Under the pieces are notes generated by a model that worked only from the letters and a program-made list of their open reading frames with translations, did not search any database and was not told the origin of the DNA. DNA of 63,330 nucleotides, filler included, from Saprolegnia diclina VS20 (lineage: Eukaryota), in assembly GCF_000281045.1 (NCBI RefSeq). It is 13 parts of 9 records of this genome, joined end to end, with 100 filler letters (N's around TTAATTAATTAA, not from the genome) between each part and the next. Parts side by side here need not be neighbours in the genome. Positions count along the whole stretch, not along the records: positions 21,570 to 30,936 come from NW_008246292.1; positions 31,037 to 32,838 come from NW_008246293.1; positions 32,939 to 34,989 come from NW_008246293.1; positions 35,090 to 37,375 come from NW_008246293.1; 9 more parts are not named here. One strand, given 5' to 3'. Shown here in pieces: positions 24,361-36,566 of the stretch; position 1 is the stretch's first letter, and every line of letters begins with the position of its first letter. The position numbers and the translations under genes are program-made.

Positions 24361-26147
24361 TTATTCGACCCACGGACTCTGGAAGAGCGACGACTCGAGC
24401 AAGACGATGCGCGTGCCATCGTAGCTCGTGCGCGAGGTCGTCAGCTTGACGCGGCCAAAAATGACGGGACCTTTGGCCTCGACAACGCGATGTGCCGCAC
24501 GCGTTCGATCGAGGCCGTGGCAGAGCAGACTGAGGCGGCGCAGCTCCAACGGGTGCTTGGCTGTATTCAAGAGGAGCAAAAAACAATCGGTGCCGCGCTG
24601 GCTAATGCACGGCGACCGCTTCAAGCCCGGGAACTGATCAAACACATGGTAGAGCGATCCGCCGCTGGTGTGCGGCACAGGACCGAGCCAGAGAAATTGG
24701 AGAACCAGCATCGCTTGGTTCTTCACATCGTTGTACTGGTGCGACGCATAGTTGGTCGGACCACGCCCTACACGAGGTTGTGCCACTTGCGAGATGCCGC
24801 TATGGGTACCGTAACGCCGTCGGCAGAGTATGTACTGCACCGCTCCATGCACAAGGGGGAGCGCGCCAATCGAACACGTGTAGAGCAAGACGGCGTACAC
24901 GCCTTCCGTGGCATGTGGCGAGCTGGCCGCGACGTTAAGGATCCACGCGTAGGCCTGAATGCACAGGCTGTTGCCTTGCAGATACGTAAGAGGTCCGACC
25001 AAGGCCGTGGCGACCACGGCCACGAGCGTTGGGTCCATGGGCGGAAACACATGCTCCCAATGGAATCGCTTGAGCACGACCGAGGTGCAGGCCATACAGG
25101 CGTAGCAGAGCCACACCTACATCAGGTCTTCTTCGTGTAGCGTCGTCGACGAGGGGTAGGGTCCACGTACACAGCGCGAGAGATAGAAATCCCCGAGAAG
25201 GAATGCGTAGATGCTACCGACCTGGAGCACCGCCACGACTTGGTTGGCGACAACGTTGACGCTGAGCCACATGTCGATCGCCAAGCAGAGGCAAATGACC
25301 GGATGCAGCAAGAAAATACTTGTCGGGTCGCCCATGTAGATCTTGCAAATTGTGATGTTTGGTAGCCGCGCGCACTGCGTCCAGAGCACTTTGTAGTGGA
25401 CATAGTACTCGACCCACACCCGCCGAGCCATATACAGCGTCAAGAGCATGCGAAACACGAGCTTTCCGATTAAAAACCCATGCGACGCGTTGAGTTGAAA
25501 GGCCGAGTAGAGCCAAACCGTCGTCGAGTCATCCGATGCGTTGCGCAGCGTGGACCAGAGGCAGCCGTACCGATCCACGGTGCCCATCGTCCGGGCCTCA
25601 AAGCACGAGCGCAACATATGACTGTCGTTGGCCGCCGCAAACGCACACAGCGCCGCCTGCGTTCCCAGCGACAGGAAGAGACCTCCGTTGACCTGCGTGG
25701 CAACGTCCAAGGCGCAGTTGGTGATCGGCGCTATCGGCCGCGTCACAAGGCGACGGTACACGACAGTCGACGCAAGGACATCCTCGAAATAGTTGGCATC
25801 GCCGGTAAAGACGCTGTCGTTGTACCTACGACGACTGAGCGCCGGCTACCGTAGATCGCGATACCGGTCGGCTGTTAGCGATAAAAGAAACACTTCTTTC
25901 TCGGCCCACGACGAGGCTGTGCGTAGAATGGACGGCGGGTCGCTGGCTTGCCACGGAAACGACTCGCACAAGTACGCTTTCAGCGGCTACGGTGCGACTA
26001 GAGAGGTGCTAGGAGTGGCATGCGAGGTAGTACCGTCAAGACGAGATTCGCCGCGAGCGCGACGCTAAGGAACACAGAGGTCATGTCCCACGCCACGACG
26101 GTTGTCGGAACGAGCGCCACTGGGGGCGCGGGGCGGATCGCATGCAT
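24361..26147 (-). CDS. Uncharacterised multipass membrane protein, tandem copy C
   Basis: ANLVLT|PLKAYLCESFPWQ; GDPTSIFLLHP; intron 25117-25170; SPCISQRGTDC. Confidence 0.85.
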
Positions 26148-26383
26148 TCCAAGGTCGTGGGAGGGTGCGTCGACTTGAGTCTATTCTTACTCTGTTCATT
26201 TGATCCATTTTGAAACCATTAGGATGCGAACTTGGCAGCAAGTGGGCTGGATTCCACTTTTCCCTTTTGCCAATCGGCGACAGCATCTTTGTCATAGCGA
26301 GATGTGGCCCCAGAGTAGTATACGTGGCAGCCTGAGCGCCCAGCAAAGCAAAACGGCCACTGGTATTTTGATGTTGACAGCGA

Positions 26384-28198
26384 CTACTCGAGCCACGGAC
26401 TATCTCCGTTCAACGATGTGTACGCAACGCACGCGACCATGCCCGTCGCTTTGGACGTTTGGAGCTCGAGGTGGCCAAAGACTTGTGTCCCGCGGCAGCG
26501 CACGATTTCGATGCGGCAGTGGTGCGGTCGCGCGTCAACGCTGGCGAGAAGGCTCAGCCGCTTGCACTCGACAGGGCCCGTTGCATCATAGATGACTACG
26601 TACGCGTCGGCGCCGCGCTGGCTAATGCACGGCGACTGCTTAAAGTCTGGGTAGCGTGCAAAGACTGCGTAGATCGAGCCGCCAGTTCGTCTTTCGATGC
26701 GACCCAGGCCCAGAAAAAGCGCTTCGAGGTGCAACAGCACACGGTGCTTCCAGTCGTTGAACCAAAACGCGGCATAGTACACGGCATTGGCTACACAACA
26801 TCAACGATCAGTCGCGTTCTTCTCTAGTTGAGCCAACCCGAAGTCGGCGTGCGTCGGCACTGTCGGTGGAGGACGCCGTAGCCGATCGGAAGGAGTCCGA
26901 TCGAGATCGTGTAGACAAAAATTGCGTAAATGCCTTCGGTGGCATGTGGCGAGTTGGCCGAGACATTGAGCAGCCACGAGTAAACTTGAATGAGCGCGCT
27001 GTGACCTTGGAGGTACGTCATCGGACCGACGACGAGCGTAGCCGCGACCGCGACCAGCGTCGGGTCGACGGGCGAGAACGAGTGCTCGATGTGATACCGC
27101 TTGAGGACCGCCGACGCGATGGCTAGAAACGCATAGCAAAACCACACCTAAACGCATTATCAACACTGGCAACAAGTACAAAACGAACGCAGCGCGAGAG
27201 GTAAAAGTAGCCGAGGGCAAACTGCCATAGGTCCCGGAGTTGCAAAAGCGCCATGATCTCAACACCGACCATGTTGACACTCAGCCACGTGTCGACGACA
27301 AGACCAAAGCAGACAAGCGGGTGCAAGAGGACAATGCTGGTGGGGTCGCCGACGAGAAGGAGACACCGCGTAGCATGGGGAAGGTGTCGGCACTGCGCGC
27401 GTAGCGTTCGATAATGCGCATAGTAATGTCGCCATACGAGGTACACCAGATAGAACGTCAAGAGACTGCGGTAGACGAGCTTGAACCAGAGAAAGGCGCT
27501 CGAACCATGGAGCCGAAACCCCGTATAGAGCACTTCGATGCGAGCATCGTTCTCGAGGCGTGGTGCGTCGTCCGCAAGGACACTCCAGATGCAAACGTAG
27601 CCCTCGACTGACCGCAGGACGGTAGTTGCAAAGCACGAGCCCATCGTCGACGCATTGCTGGGTGGTGTAGCAACGTAAGCGCAAAACGTATTTCGGGCTG
27701 CTTCGGCCACGAAGAGGCCGCCGTCGATTGCAGTGAGCACATCCACGTCGCAGTTGGAGACAGCCTGTGGCCGGCGCAAGTGCGCGCGATAGCCGACTGT
27801 CGACGTTCGGACATCAGTGAAATACACGGCCCGAGGAGAGAGCGTGTCGTTGTTGTACCTAGGTATCATATCCCAAAGTTACAAAAGAGGAGGCAAGCAT
27901 CATGCTACAGGGTGCTAAAGAAAGCGAGCAAGTGCGCTTCTTTCGTTGTCCACGGTGTGGTGCTCGACTCATAAAGCTCGGGCAGGTCGTCGATTTGCCA
28001 CGGAAGGGCTTCGCACAAGTAGGCCTTGAGCGGCTAGCCTCAGGTGGTATCTTGAAGTGAGTATTGGTCGTGTACCGTCGAGACGACGTTGAGGCAGAGG
28101 AGGACGCTAACGACGAGAGAGCCCGTGTGCCAGGCCACGGGGACGACGTGGTGGGGTGTCGCTGGCCCGGCTGTCTGCAAGGGCATCACTGACGTCAT
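26384..28198 (-). CDS. Uncharacterised multipass membrane protein, tandem copy D
   Basis: CLNVVST|PLKAYLCEALPWQ; GDPTSIVLLHP; introns 27148-27188 and 26791-26837; SPCISQRGAD. Confidence 0.85.
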
Positions 28199-29544
28199 GT
28201 CGACGACAAGTGCGTAACGGGGCAAAAATAGCTGCTTGTTCAGTGTAAACTTCTTGGTGCCAAGTAGTTACACCTGGCAGTGTACGCGTGATGACTGGAG
28301 ACCCCTTGATTTCACACGCCAAAAATGACCAACTCGAAGGATACGAGCGACGAGCGACGATGCGGCTACACGTGCTCGTGAGCTCGATATTAGGCCATTG
28401 GCTATACGTTCTTAGTTGCAGTCTTCGCAGTACACTGGTCTTGAGGCTACTCACACAAGTAGACGGGACAACATGAACGCAGTACGAGGACTCGTAAAGT
28501 TCAACCCACGCACACGTCTTTCCGCGTGGCTTTTCTTTCTTAGACAATAATGAAAGCTTGAAAACTGGATAGACTGTTTTATACTGTTTATAACAGTGTG
28601 AAGCCCGAAAAAAGCAAACACATCAATAGTTTTTTATGCTTCATCTTGTAAGTGTATAAAACAGCTGTACGAAATTGCACTGTTTTGTTCTACTTGTAGA
28701 TGCTTTTGCGCGCGGTGGACAATGATGACACGCATGAGTATGGCGCCGGTAACGAGGCGGCGGAGACGCCTAAGAGCACTTTATCTCGGACGGGGTGCAA
28801 GACGTATCCCCATAGCCACATCCATCCTCNNNNNNNNNNNNNNNNNNNNNNNNNNNNNNNNNNNNNNNNNNNNNNNNNNNNNNNNNNNNNNNNNNNNNNN
28901 NNNNNNNNNNNNNNNNNNNNNNNNNNNNNNNNNNNNNNNNNNNNNNNNNNNNNNNNNNNNNNNNNNNNNNNNNNNNNNNNNNNNNNNNNNNNNNNNNNNN
29001 NNNNNNNNNNNNNNNNNNNNNNNNNNNNNNNNNNNNNNNNNNNNNNNNNNNNNNNNNNNNNNNNNNNNNNNNNNNNNNNNNNNNNNNNNNNNNNNNNNNN
29101 NNNNNNNNNNNNNNNNNNNNNNNNNNNNNNNNNNNNNNNNNNNNNNNNNNNNNNNNNNNNNNNNNNNNNNNNNNNNNNNNNNNNNNNNNNNNNNNNNNNN
29201 NNNNNNNNNNNNNNNNNNNNNNNNNNNNNNNNNNNNNNNNNNNNNNNNNNNNNNNNNNNNNNNNNNNNNNNNNNNNNNNNNNNNNNNNNNNNNNNNNNNN
29301 NNNNNNNNNNNNNNNNNNNNNNNNNNNNNNNNNNNNNNNNNNNNNNNNNNNNNNNNNNNNNNNNNNNNNNNNNNNNNNNNNNNNNNNNNNNNNNNNNNNN
29401 NNNNNNNNNNNNNNNNNNNNNNNNNNNNNNNNNNNNNNNNNNNNNNNNNNNNNNNNNNNNNNNNNNNNNNNNNNNNNNNNNNNNNNNNNNNNNNNNNNNN
29501 NNNNNNNNNNNNNNNNNNNNNNNNNNNNNNNNNNNNNNNNNNNN

Positions 29545-30936
29545 CGCTGTACACAGAGCCCCCGACGCGCTGGGAGACACTCGGTAGTCCCAAGCAGGCC
29601 GATGTCATGTACAGCAATACGCGCTGCTTGCAGTCGTTGAAGTGGAGCGACGTGTACAACTGGCGCGCGGGTTGCCGCCGGCACCAGCGCCCATGTACAA
29701 ACCCAAATTGCACTGGCAATAGCCCGATCGCGAGCGTGTACGCAAGAACGGAGAGCGCGCCTTCGGTGCTGTGGACATCGGCAGCGCCCAGCGAGAAGAG
29801 GTACAGGTACGCCTCGATGAACCCCGAGTGGGCTTGGATGTAAGTAAGGGGGCCAGCAATCAATGATGCAGCGATTGCGACGAGCGTCGGGTCCAGAGGC
29901 GTAAAGCAGTAGCGCTTATGTTGAATAAAATACGAGGCAACGGCCAAGAAGGCGTAGCAAAACCATACCTAGCATGCCATTTCATAAGTCTCACTGGACC
30001 TCAAGAGAGATGCAGCCACCGTGCGAGAGAGATAGACGCATCCAAGCGTAAACCGCCAGAGATCCTCGACTTGAACTGCCGCGAGAAGTTCGGCCGCAAC
30101 TGTGTCGATGCTAAACCAAACATCGACGGCCAAGCAGAGTGAGACGACGGGATTTAACAACGCAATGGACGTAGGGTCACCAAGCAGCAGCATGCAGTGC
30201 CGAGCGTCGGCCAGCATCGTGCACTGCGCGACGAGGGTGATGTAGTGGCGATAGTAGTGACGCCAGAGGTGCCACGCCAAATAAAGAGTCAGTAGCAGCC
30301 GATACGCGAGCTTGACGGTCATGAACGCCATGGTCGCGTTCTGGCGGTACGCAATGTAGTAGGTAAACACACTTGGGTCCGATGTGTTGCTAAGCTCGTT
30401 GCCGGCGCGTGTCCACATGCAGTTGGTGCCTGCTAACGACGTGAACACGCGGCTCTCAAAGCAGCCGCCGACCATCGATGCATTATTGGGTGACGCCACA
30501 AACGAGCAGATATTCGCTTCGAGAGCTGGGGCGAGAAAAATACCCCCCGTCAACGTGGTCAAGACGTCGAGACGGCAGCTTGCGAAACGCTGGGGTCGCA
30601 GTACTGTCGCACGGTAGACATGCGTACTGCCTCGTACGTCGTGGTAGTACGACTTGTGAGGGCGGAAGACCTCGGCTGTGTACCTAATGACAGGTAGGCG
30701 TATGGAAGAGTCACAACGTGCATACGCGGCCGTGTAGAACGTGAGGAGGCTTGTCTCGCGCTGCGCCCAGGTTGCGAACGGCGCTGACGGCGCCGCATCG
30801 ACGATTTGCCACGGAAACGATTCGCACAAATACGCCTTGAGCGGCTACGGCGATGCTACAGCAAGGAAGCGCACATTAGCTGGACGTACGGTCACGACGA
30901 TGTTGAGGCCCAGGAGAGCGCTGACGACCATGGACG
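29545..30936 (-). CDS. Uncharacterised multipass membrane protein, tandem copy E (both ends in gaps)
   Basis: GLNIVVT|PLKAYLCESFPWQ; GDPTSIALLNP; intron 29969-30019; FNDCKQR...GGSVY. Confidence 0.82.
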
Positions 30937-31581
30937 NNNNNNNNNNNNNNNNNNNNNNNNNNNNNNNNNNNNNNNNNNNNTTAATTAATTAANNNNNNNN
31001 NNNNNNNNNNNNNNNNNNNNNNNNNNNNNNNNNNNNGACCAACGAATAGTTGATCGAATAAGGGCATTAGCAAGTGCGCTAAAGGTGACGGCTTGACGAG
31101 TGTCGAGGATTATGCGGCACGTCATCGATTACGGTAGAAGAGATTGACGATGATGGAAGCGAGGTAGATGTATTTCAAATACCCCACGCTGTACAGCAAG
31201 GACGTGCTCAGAAATTGAAGCTTTTGTGTAGCCCATTAGCTAGCCCATTTTCTATTCCTTTGTTTATAGCTGCGCCCATGCTCTTACACTTGAGGTGGCA
31301 ATGGAGTTCTCGCTAGCTCTTGTCCAAGCTTCCTCCGTTTCTCAACACTGGACGCGACTACAGCACCTATCTACTTGCTGTGTTAGTATTTGAGAAGCAA
31401 ACCTAATGATGGCGCTATCATTCAAAACCACCAGCTGGTGATCATACGAAGCGAATGCACCACCGAATCACATGACGTGGCAGTGTGTTGCGCCAGGAAT
31501 TGTGACACAACCTGAACCAGTGGGTGGTCGATTCGAACGTGTGGTCTTTGCCGCTGTTCGCACTGCAAACAACGGCCCGGC

Positions 31582-32830
31582 GCCTGTCGCTGAAGTCACG
31601 TGATCAGCGTGGGACTTGTGAGCTGGTGATGCGTGCCGCTTCAACACCACGCAATTGGAACAGGTTGATTGACATAACGGGCGCATTGGCTGCCAGGGAC
31701 AACGCACAAAACGATTTATCGCTATGGATTGATCGGTTGTTTTGAATGATATCGAAGAAGTCGTGACCGAACAGCAGCTTAGTACTGGGGAGTCAGACGA
31801 GCTTGCTTTTCACGAGGAAAAGAAACCACCGCATTAGCAGTGTTGTCTCAGCCCCGATGCTCACCACTGCCCTCTCTGCGATGCGGAAGCCCGCGAAACG
31901 TTCAACCATCTTCTGGTGCGTTGTCCATACGTCCGCGCGGTCTTGTGCGTTTTTCGAGATATCTTGCAAATGCAACTGCAGTGTCGGTTGCTGGCTTTCT
32001 CTATGACGCTGTCGACATGCCTTCTCGGACCACAAATCGTCCATCCGCGCCCTCTGGCCGATCTTGCGCGCTTGCGTCATGTACAGGCTTTGGATCAACC
32101 GAGTGTTTCGCACGACGTTGACGAACCTTCCTGCTGTTGCGATCAAGGCAGCTACTATTACGCGATTGCATGTCCGGCACTTGGCCGTCGCGTTCATCGC
32201 TTGCCAATTCGATAGTGTGGGGCACGATGTATCTCGCGCATACGCATCGCGAAGCAGCTACAGTAGCGACGTGAGCCCAGTAGGTGCTGTACCTTTAATT
32301 GATTTCCTGTTGGCATAGCTCGTTGGCATTGGTTGTTGAAAGGTGTTGATATTCAACACTGAACTTTTTTCATGTTTGGTATTTTACTCTTTTTCTCTTT
32401 GCATGTAGCGATTGACGCCAGCCTCACGCTGACGTATGGAGGGGTGCAGGCTGGAATAATCTCGGATATGGACGTCTTGGCGTATGAAATTCATCATATG
32501 GCAGAGAAACTACAGCAGATCGCACCAAACAAATTACCGGTTCTAGTGCATCGACGAGCGACCGGACGACGCCCCAGATCGCATTGACAGATTCGTAGCA
32601 GCTTGAACGCAGATGTTCAAAATGTTTGAAAACAGCTGGTCATAGTCGTGAATCAATGTTTGACGTCACAAGAAAAAGGCCTCGTCAATGGCCATCTCGG
32701 GAGGAATTCTGTAATTTTCAACAGATCATATGGTTTTGACTCCACTTTTTGATCAGGCTAGAAAACAACCCGAACCGCGGGAAGTCCAACTCGCAAGTCC
32801 CACGCTGATCACGTGACTTCAGCGACAGGC
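31582..32830. mobile_element. Putative non-autonomous TIR DNA element (~1.25 kb)
   Basis: 45-bp inverted repeats at 31582-31626 and 32786-32830 (2 mismatches); no intact internal ORF; no TSD recognised. Confidence 0.55.
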
Positions 32831-32938
32831 TCAGCGCCNNNNNNNNNNNNNNNNNNNNNNNNNNNNNNNNNNNNNNNNNNNNTTAATTAATTAANNNNNN
32901 NNNNNNNNNNNNNNNNNNNNNNNNNNNNNNNNNNNNNN

Positions 32939-34000
32939 GCGGTCGAGTACTTTGCGTCGCAGGGCTACCAATGTCCCAACTTTATGAACCCGACCGACTT
33001 TTTCATGCGCCAGATCACGGCGCTGGACCCCAACTCGGAGGCTGCGACGCGCGTCAACAACCTCGTCGCCAATTGGCACGCTCGCAGCCACGCGATCGGT
33101 AACGACGATGACGTCAAAGATGGCTCGGACGCTACCGACATGGTGTACGAAAGCTCGCACCTCGGCACGTTTGGCTCGATGCACTTGCTCTGCAAGCGCA
33201 ACGTGGCGCGCCTCGTGCGTGACTCGGTTGCGTTTCAGGCGCGCGTTGGCCAGAGCATCATCGTCTCGGTCGTCGTTGGCTTGATCTTTCTGCAGATTGA
33301 GTTGAACCAGGCCGGCGTCCAGTCGTTCTCGGGCGCCATCTTCTTCATCGTCGTCGACCAGTTTTTCAGCGCGACGACGCCCGAGTTTGCGTCCGTGCCG
33401 CTCGAGCTGCCGCTCATGAAGCGCGAGTACAACGGAGGTCTCTACCGGTCGTACGTCTGGTACATTGCCAAGAACGTCTCGGAGCTCTTGCTGCAGTTCT
33501 TCTTCCCGCTCATCTATTTGATCCCGGCGTACTTTATGATCGGTTTTGGCGCTTCGAACGCGACGCTCTTTTTCACGTTCTACCTCTTCATGGCGCTCCT
33601 CTCGAGCTCGGCGACCGGCCTCGGCTACATGGTGTCGTGCATTGCCAAGACGCCCGAGGTCGCGCCCATCCTTGGCATCCTCCTCATCCTCCCGCTCCTC
33701 ATTTTTGGCGGTCTTCTCATCAACACCAACAACGTACCCGTCTACCTGAAGTGGCTCGAGTTCATCTCGCCGATGAAGTACGCCTTCCGCGGCATGAGTC
33801 GCGCTTTCTGGAACTCGATCGACACGATTCCGTGCGACAGCGCGCCGTGTGCCGCGACGACGGGCGCTCAAGTTCTCGCGAACCTCGGTCACGACAAGCA
33901 GAGCATGGGCTACGACGTTATCTTTTTGATCTGGATCAACCTCTTCTTCCGCTTGATTGGCATTGTGGCCCTCTGGATCTCGCTCCGCAAGAAGAAATAG
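32939..34000 (+). CDS. ABCG/White-type half transporter, C-terminal TMD part (5' end in gap)
   Basis: YQCPNFMNPTDFF, ELPLMKREYNGGLY, six hydrophobic helices, WLEFISPMKYAF. Confidence 0.92.
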   Translation, partial: AVEYFASQGYQCPNFMNPTDFFMRQITALDPNSEAATRVNNLVANWHARSHAIGNDDDVKDGSDATDMVYESSHLGTFGSMHLLCKRNVARLVRDSVAFQARVGQSIIVSVVVGLIFLQIELNQAGVQSFSGAIFFIVVDQFFSATTPEFASVPLELPLMKREYNGGLYRSYVWYIAKNVSELLLQFFFPLIYLIPAYFMIGFGASNATLFFTFYLFMALLSSSATGLGYMVSCIAKTPEVAPILGILLILPLLIFGGLLINTNNVPVYLKWLEFISPMKYAFRGMSRAFWNSIDTIPCDSAPCAATTGAQVLANLGHDKQSMGYDVIFLIWINLFFRLIGIVALWISLRKKK

Positions 34001-34894
34001 GCGTTAATTAAGCAAACGATTATACCAGGTAAGTCATACTAAAAAGGTACCATAACAGAAGTGAGACAATTCCGGACATCAACAATAGTTTCTACTGGTA
34101 TACGATACATACTCATAACTTCATGAGTAGTCGACTGTCATGCTAGTACACACAGAAATGCATTATCTCCTTAGCAAATCGGGCCTCCAATGCTAAAATG
34201 ACCACAGATTAGGACTGTTTACAATAGCATCAAAATGTTGATGCTAATTTGAACGTGGCTAAAACACGACAAAGAAAATTCGCGGAAGTTTCAAGTCGCA
34301 GAGCCGCAACACAGCACCGTTGAAGTAGTTCAGATGGGCAGCTGCTCCGATGGCGAGGCTGCATGTAGCTAGCGAGGCTGTGATGGCAATCCCATTTGCA
34401 TCGTAATGTCTCCAGCTCAGATCTTATATCACTCTGTATGCGCCGGCAGCCCGGCGCACGGCAATTGTTGACAACGCACGCACAACGGACTATGTTTGAC
34501 TCCATCTGCAAGACCTTAGTGTTTGCGACAGTGACCCATTTATGTCCTTGCACTTGCTAGCGTCCACCAGAAGTAATTCACTTCAGGTGGACGCTGGCAA
34601 GTGCCGTAAACTTACCCGCTTATGTCCAAAAACTTGATACCAAGGCCATGAATAAACAAATGTCCTTGTTGACACTACAATGTAACTAGCAATTATTGCC
34701 TGCGAATAAAGCATCTGATATCATGAAGTACATTTTATGCACCTAATGATGCTGTGGGAATCCAAAAGGCAAATCTTGGCGGCCAATTCAAGCGATGGGT
34801 GTGTTTGCCGTCGTCCACTCATTGGTCTTGAGAAGCGCTCCTCGTCATTGCAGCGCGCTCTCATTCTCCGATTTACTATCAACAACCCACAACC

Positions 34895-34989
34895 ATGGTG
34901 GCTTCCAAGCTCGCAATCCTGTCGTTCCTCGCGTCGGCGACGGCCGCGAGCATCTTCGACTACCCGGCGTACACGATCCCGGCGTTCGA
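34895..34989 (+). CDS. N-terminus of a secreted protein (rest in gap)
   Basis: MVASKLAILSFLASATAA signal peptide, preceded by INR/FPR-like TCATTCTCCGATTTACT at 34861. Confidence 0.6.
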
Positions 34990-36543
34990 NNNNNNNNNNN
35001 NNNNNNNNNNNNNNNNNNNNNNNNNNNNNNNNNTTAATTAATTAANNNNNNNNNNNNNNNNNNNNNNNNNNNNNNNNNNNNNNNNNNNNTTGCGATTACC
35101 ACGCCTGCTCCAACTGCCTCGTAGCTTATAACCAGTAACGTCGCGGCGAAGGCGAAGCTACATCCTCTAGAAAGTCTAGTTCTGTATAATGACAGAAGAC
35201 TTGTAAAACAAACTGCGAACAAGTTCGTACAGTATTCCATGTCAGAGGTACAATGCAGCAGACCATTTTACCGAGCGGTGTCAATTAGCTTGTTGAATAG
35301 CTCAGTAGCTCTCTACTGTAGTTGATCCAGCGTGCGTTTTAAGTGCTTGTTCACTGCGCTGCAAGCAAGGCAAGCAAGGACAGACAACCTCGGACTCAGC
35401 TGCGTGTCGCGCGATTCCGACGCAAATAGTGTGACCAACATTTCCTTCTGAAGTTGCACAAAGGTTACGTGGCAGCGTGAGAAGCTGCCGATTGATAACG
35501 GTCGAGTTCATTTTTTCTGGTGAAGGTCCGGACGTTGCTTCTACTGACGTCACTCGTGGCACACAAACTTATTCGGTTACTTTTGCACCGGTAGTACATT
35601 CTTGGTGCTTGTTGACGTTGTCTTGGCCACTAACGCGATCTATGTACCGCAGTAGGTTTAGAACAAGCCACATTTTTAGGCCGGCCAACCATCGTTATCG
35701 CCTTGTTATACGTCACGGGTACCTCGCAAGCTAATGGTGCGATGGGGCAAATGCGATCGTGTTGTAAGTGTTTGGTTTTGAGAAGAACCGTGGTGCAACT
35801 TCATGCTTGGATTTTCCGACCACTCAGTCGCTCAAGTGTCGGATTGAGGCTCGGCATGACGCCCCAATCACCATCGGCCGTCAACATGCGCGAAAGATCG
35901 CGTTTTGGGTGAGCATGGATGGGACTAAGAACATCGCGAACCAAGATCAGCGAAGTCTGACAAGCAATAGCCAGCTACAGTATTTAAAAATGTACTCCCA
36001 ACAGCGCTTAAAAAGCAAGGAACTTGCTGCTGCCTTGACGGCTAAAGGCGTTGTTTCAACGGCAGAAGAAGGCGAAAACAGTAAGACGTGATTTTACTAC
36101 AGCTGCACAAACAGCCCGCGTCGACCTGCGACGCGGTGCGTTTGGCTCCACGTGGCCGCGCTGTAGCAGGCCGTCGCGTGACCAACGTCACTGACGACGG
36201 TTCACTCCGGAAGATCCTTCTGGTGTGCTCGGTGGGACATGGCAGATTGGCACTTCCGACCTTGGGGCACTGCCTTGCCAGATCCGCTGAGCTACCGCAC
36301 TAGCATCCGTTGGAGTGGTTAGCAAGAAAAAGTTGTATTCTGCAAGGCAGAGCGAGCGCTCCACTATGAGCGCGCTCTACGTTTCTAGCGCGCGCAGACA
36401 CCATTTGAGGTCCGTGTGACGTGGGTGCCACGTGGTGATAACGACCAATCAACGATCAATGATTAGGGTACTGTTGGCTGCAGCCGATGCCGGAACAAAC
36501 GTCCGACTGGCTTTCTGCGCAATTCCGTTTGTTTGGATCGCTC

Positions 36544-36559
36544 TCAGTTTTCAATTTCC
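36544..36559 (+). promoter_or_regulatory. Oomycete INR+FPR core promoter
   Basis: TCAGTTTTCAATTTCC just before ATG 36567. Confidence 0.6.
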
Positions 36560-36566
36560 TCACAAC

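Noticed and set aside
28690..29947. Long ORFs spanning N runs (also at 44-45, 49-50 and 56-57 kb)
   Set aside because: Artefacts of translating Ns
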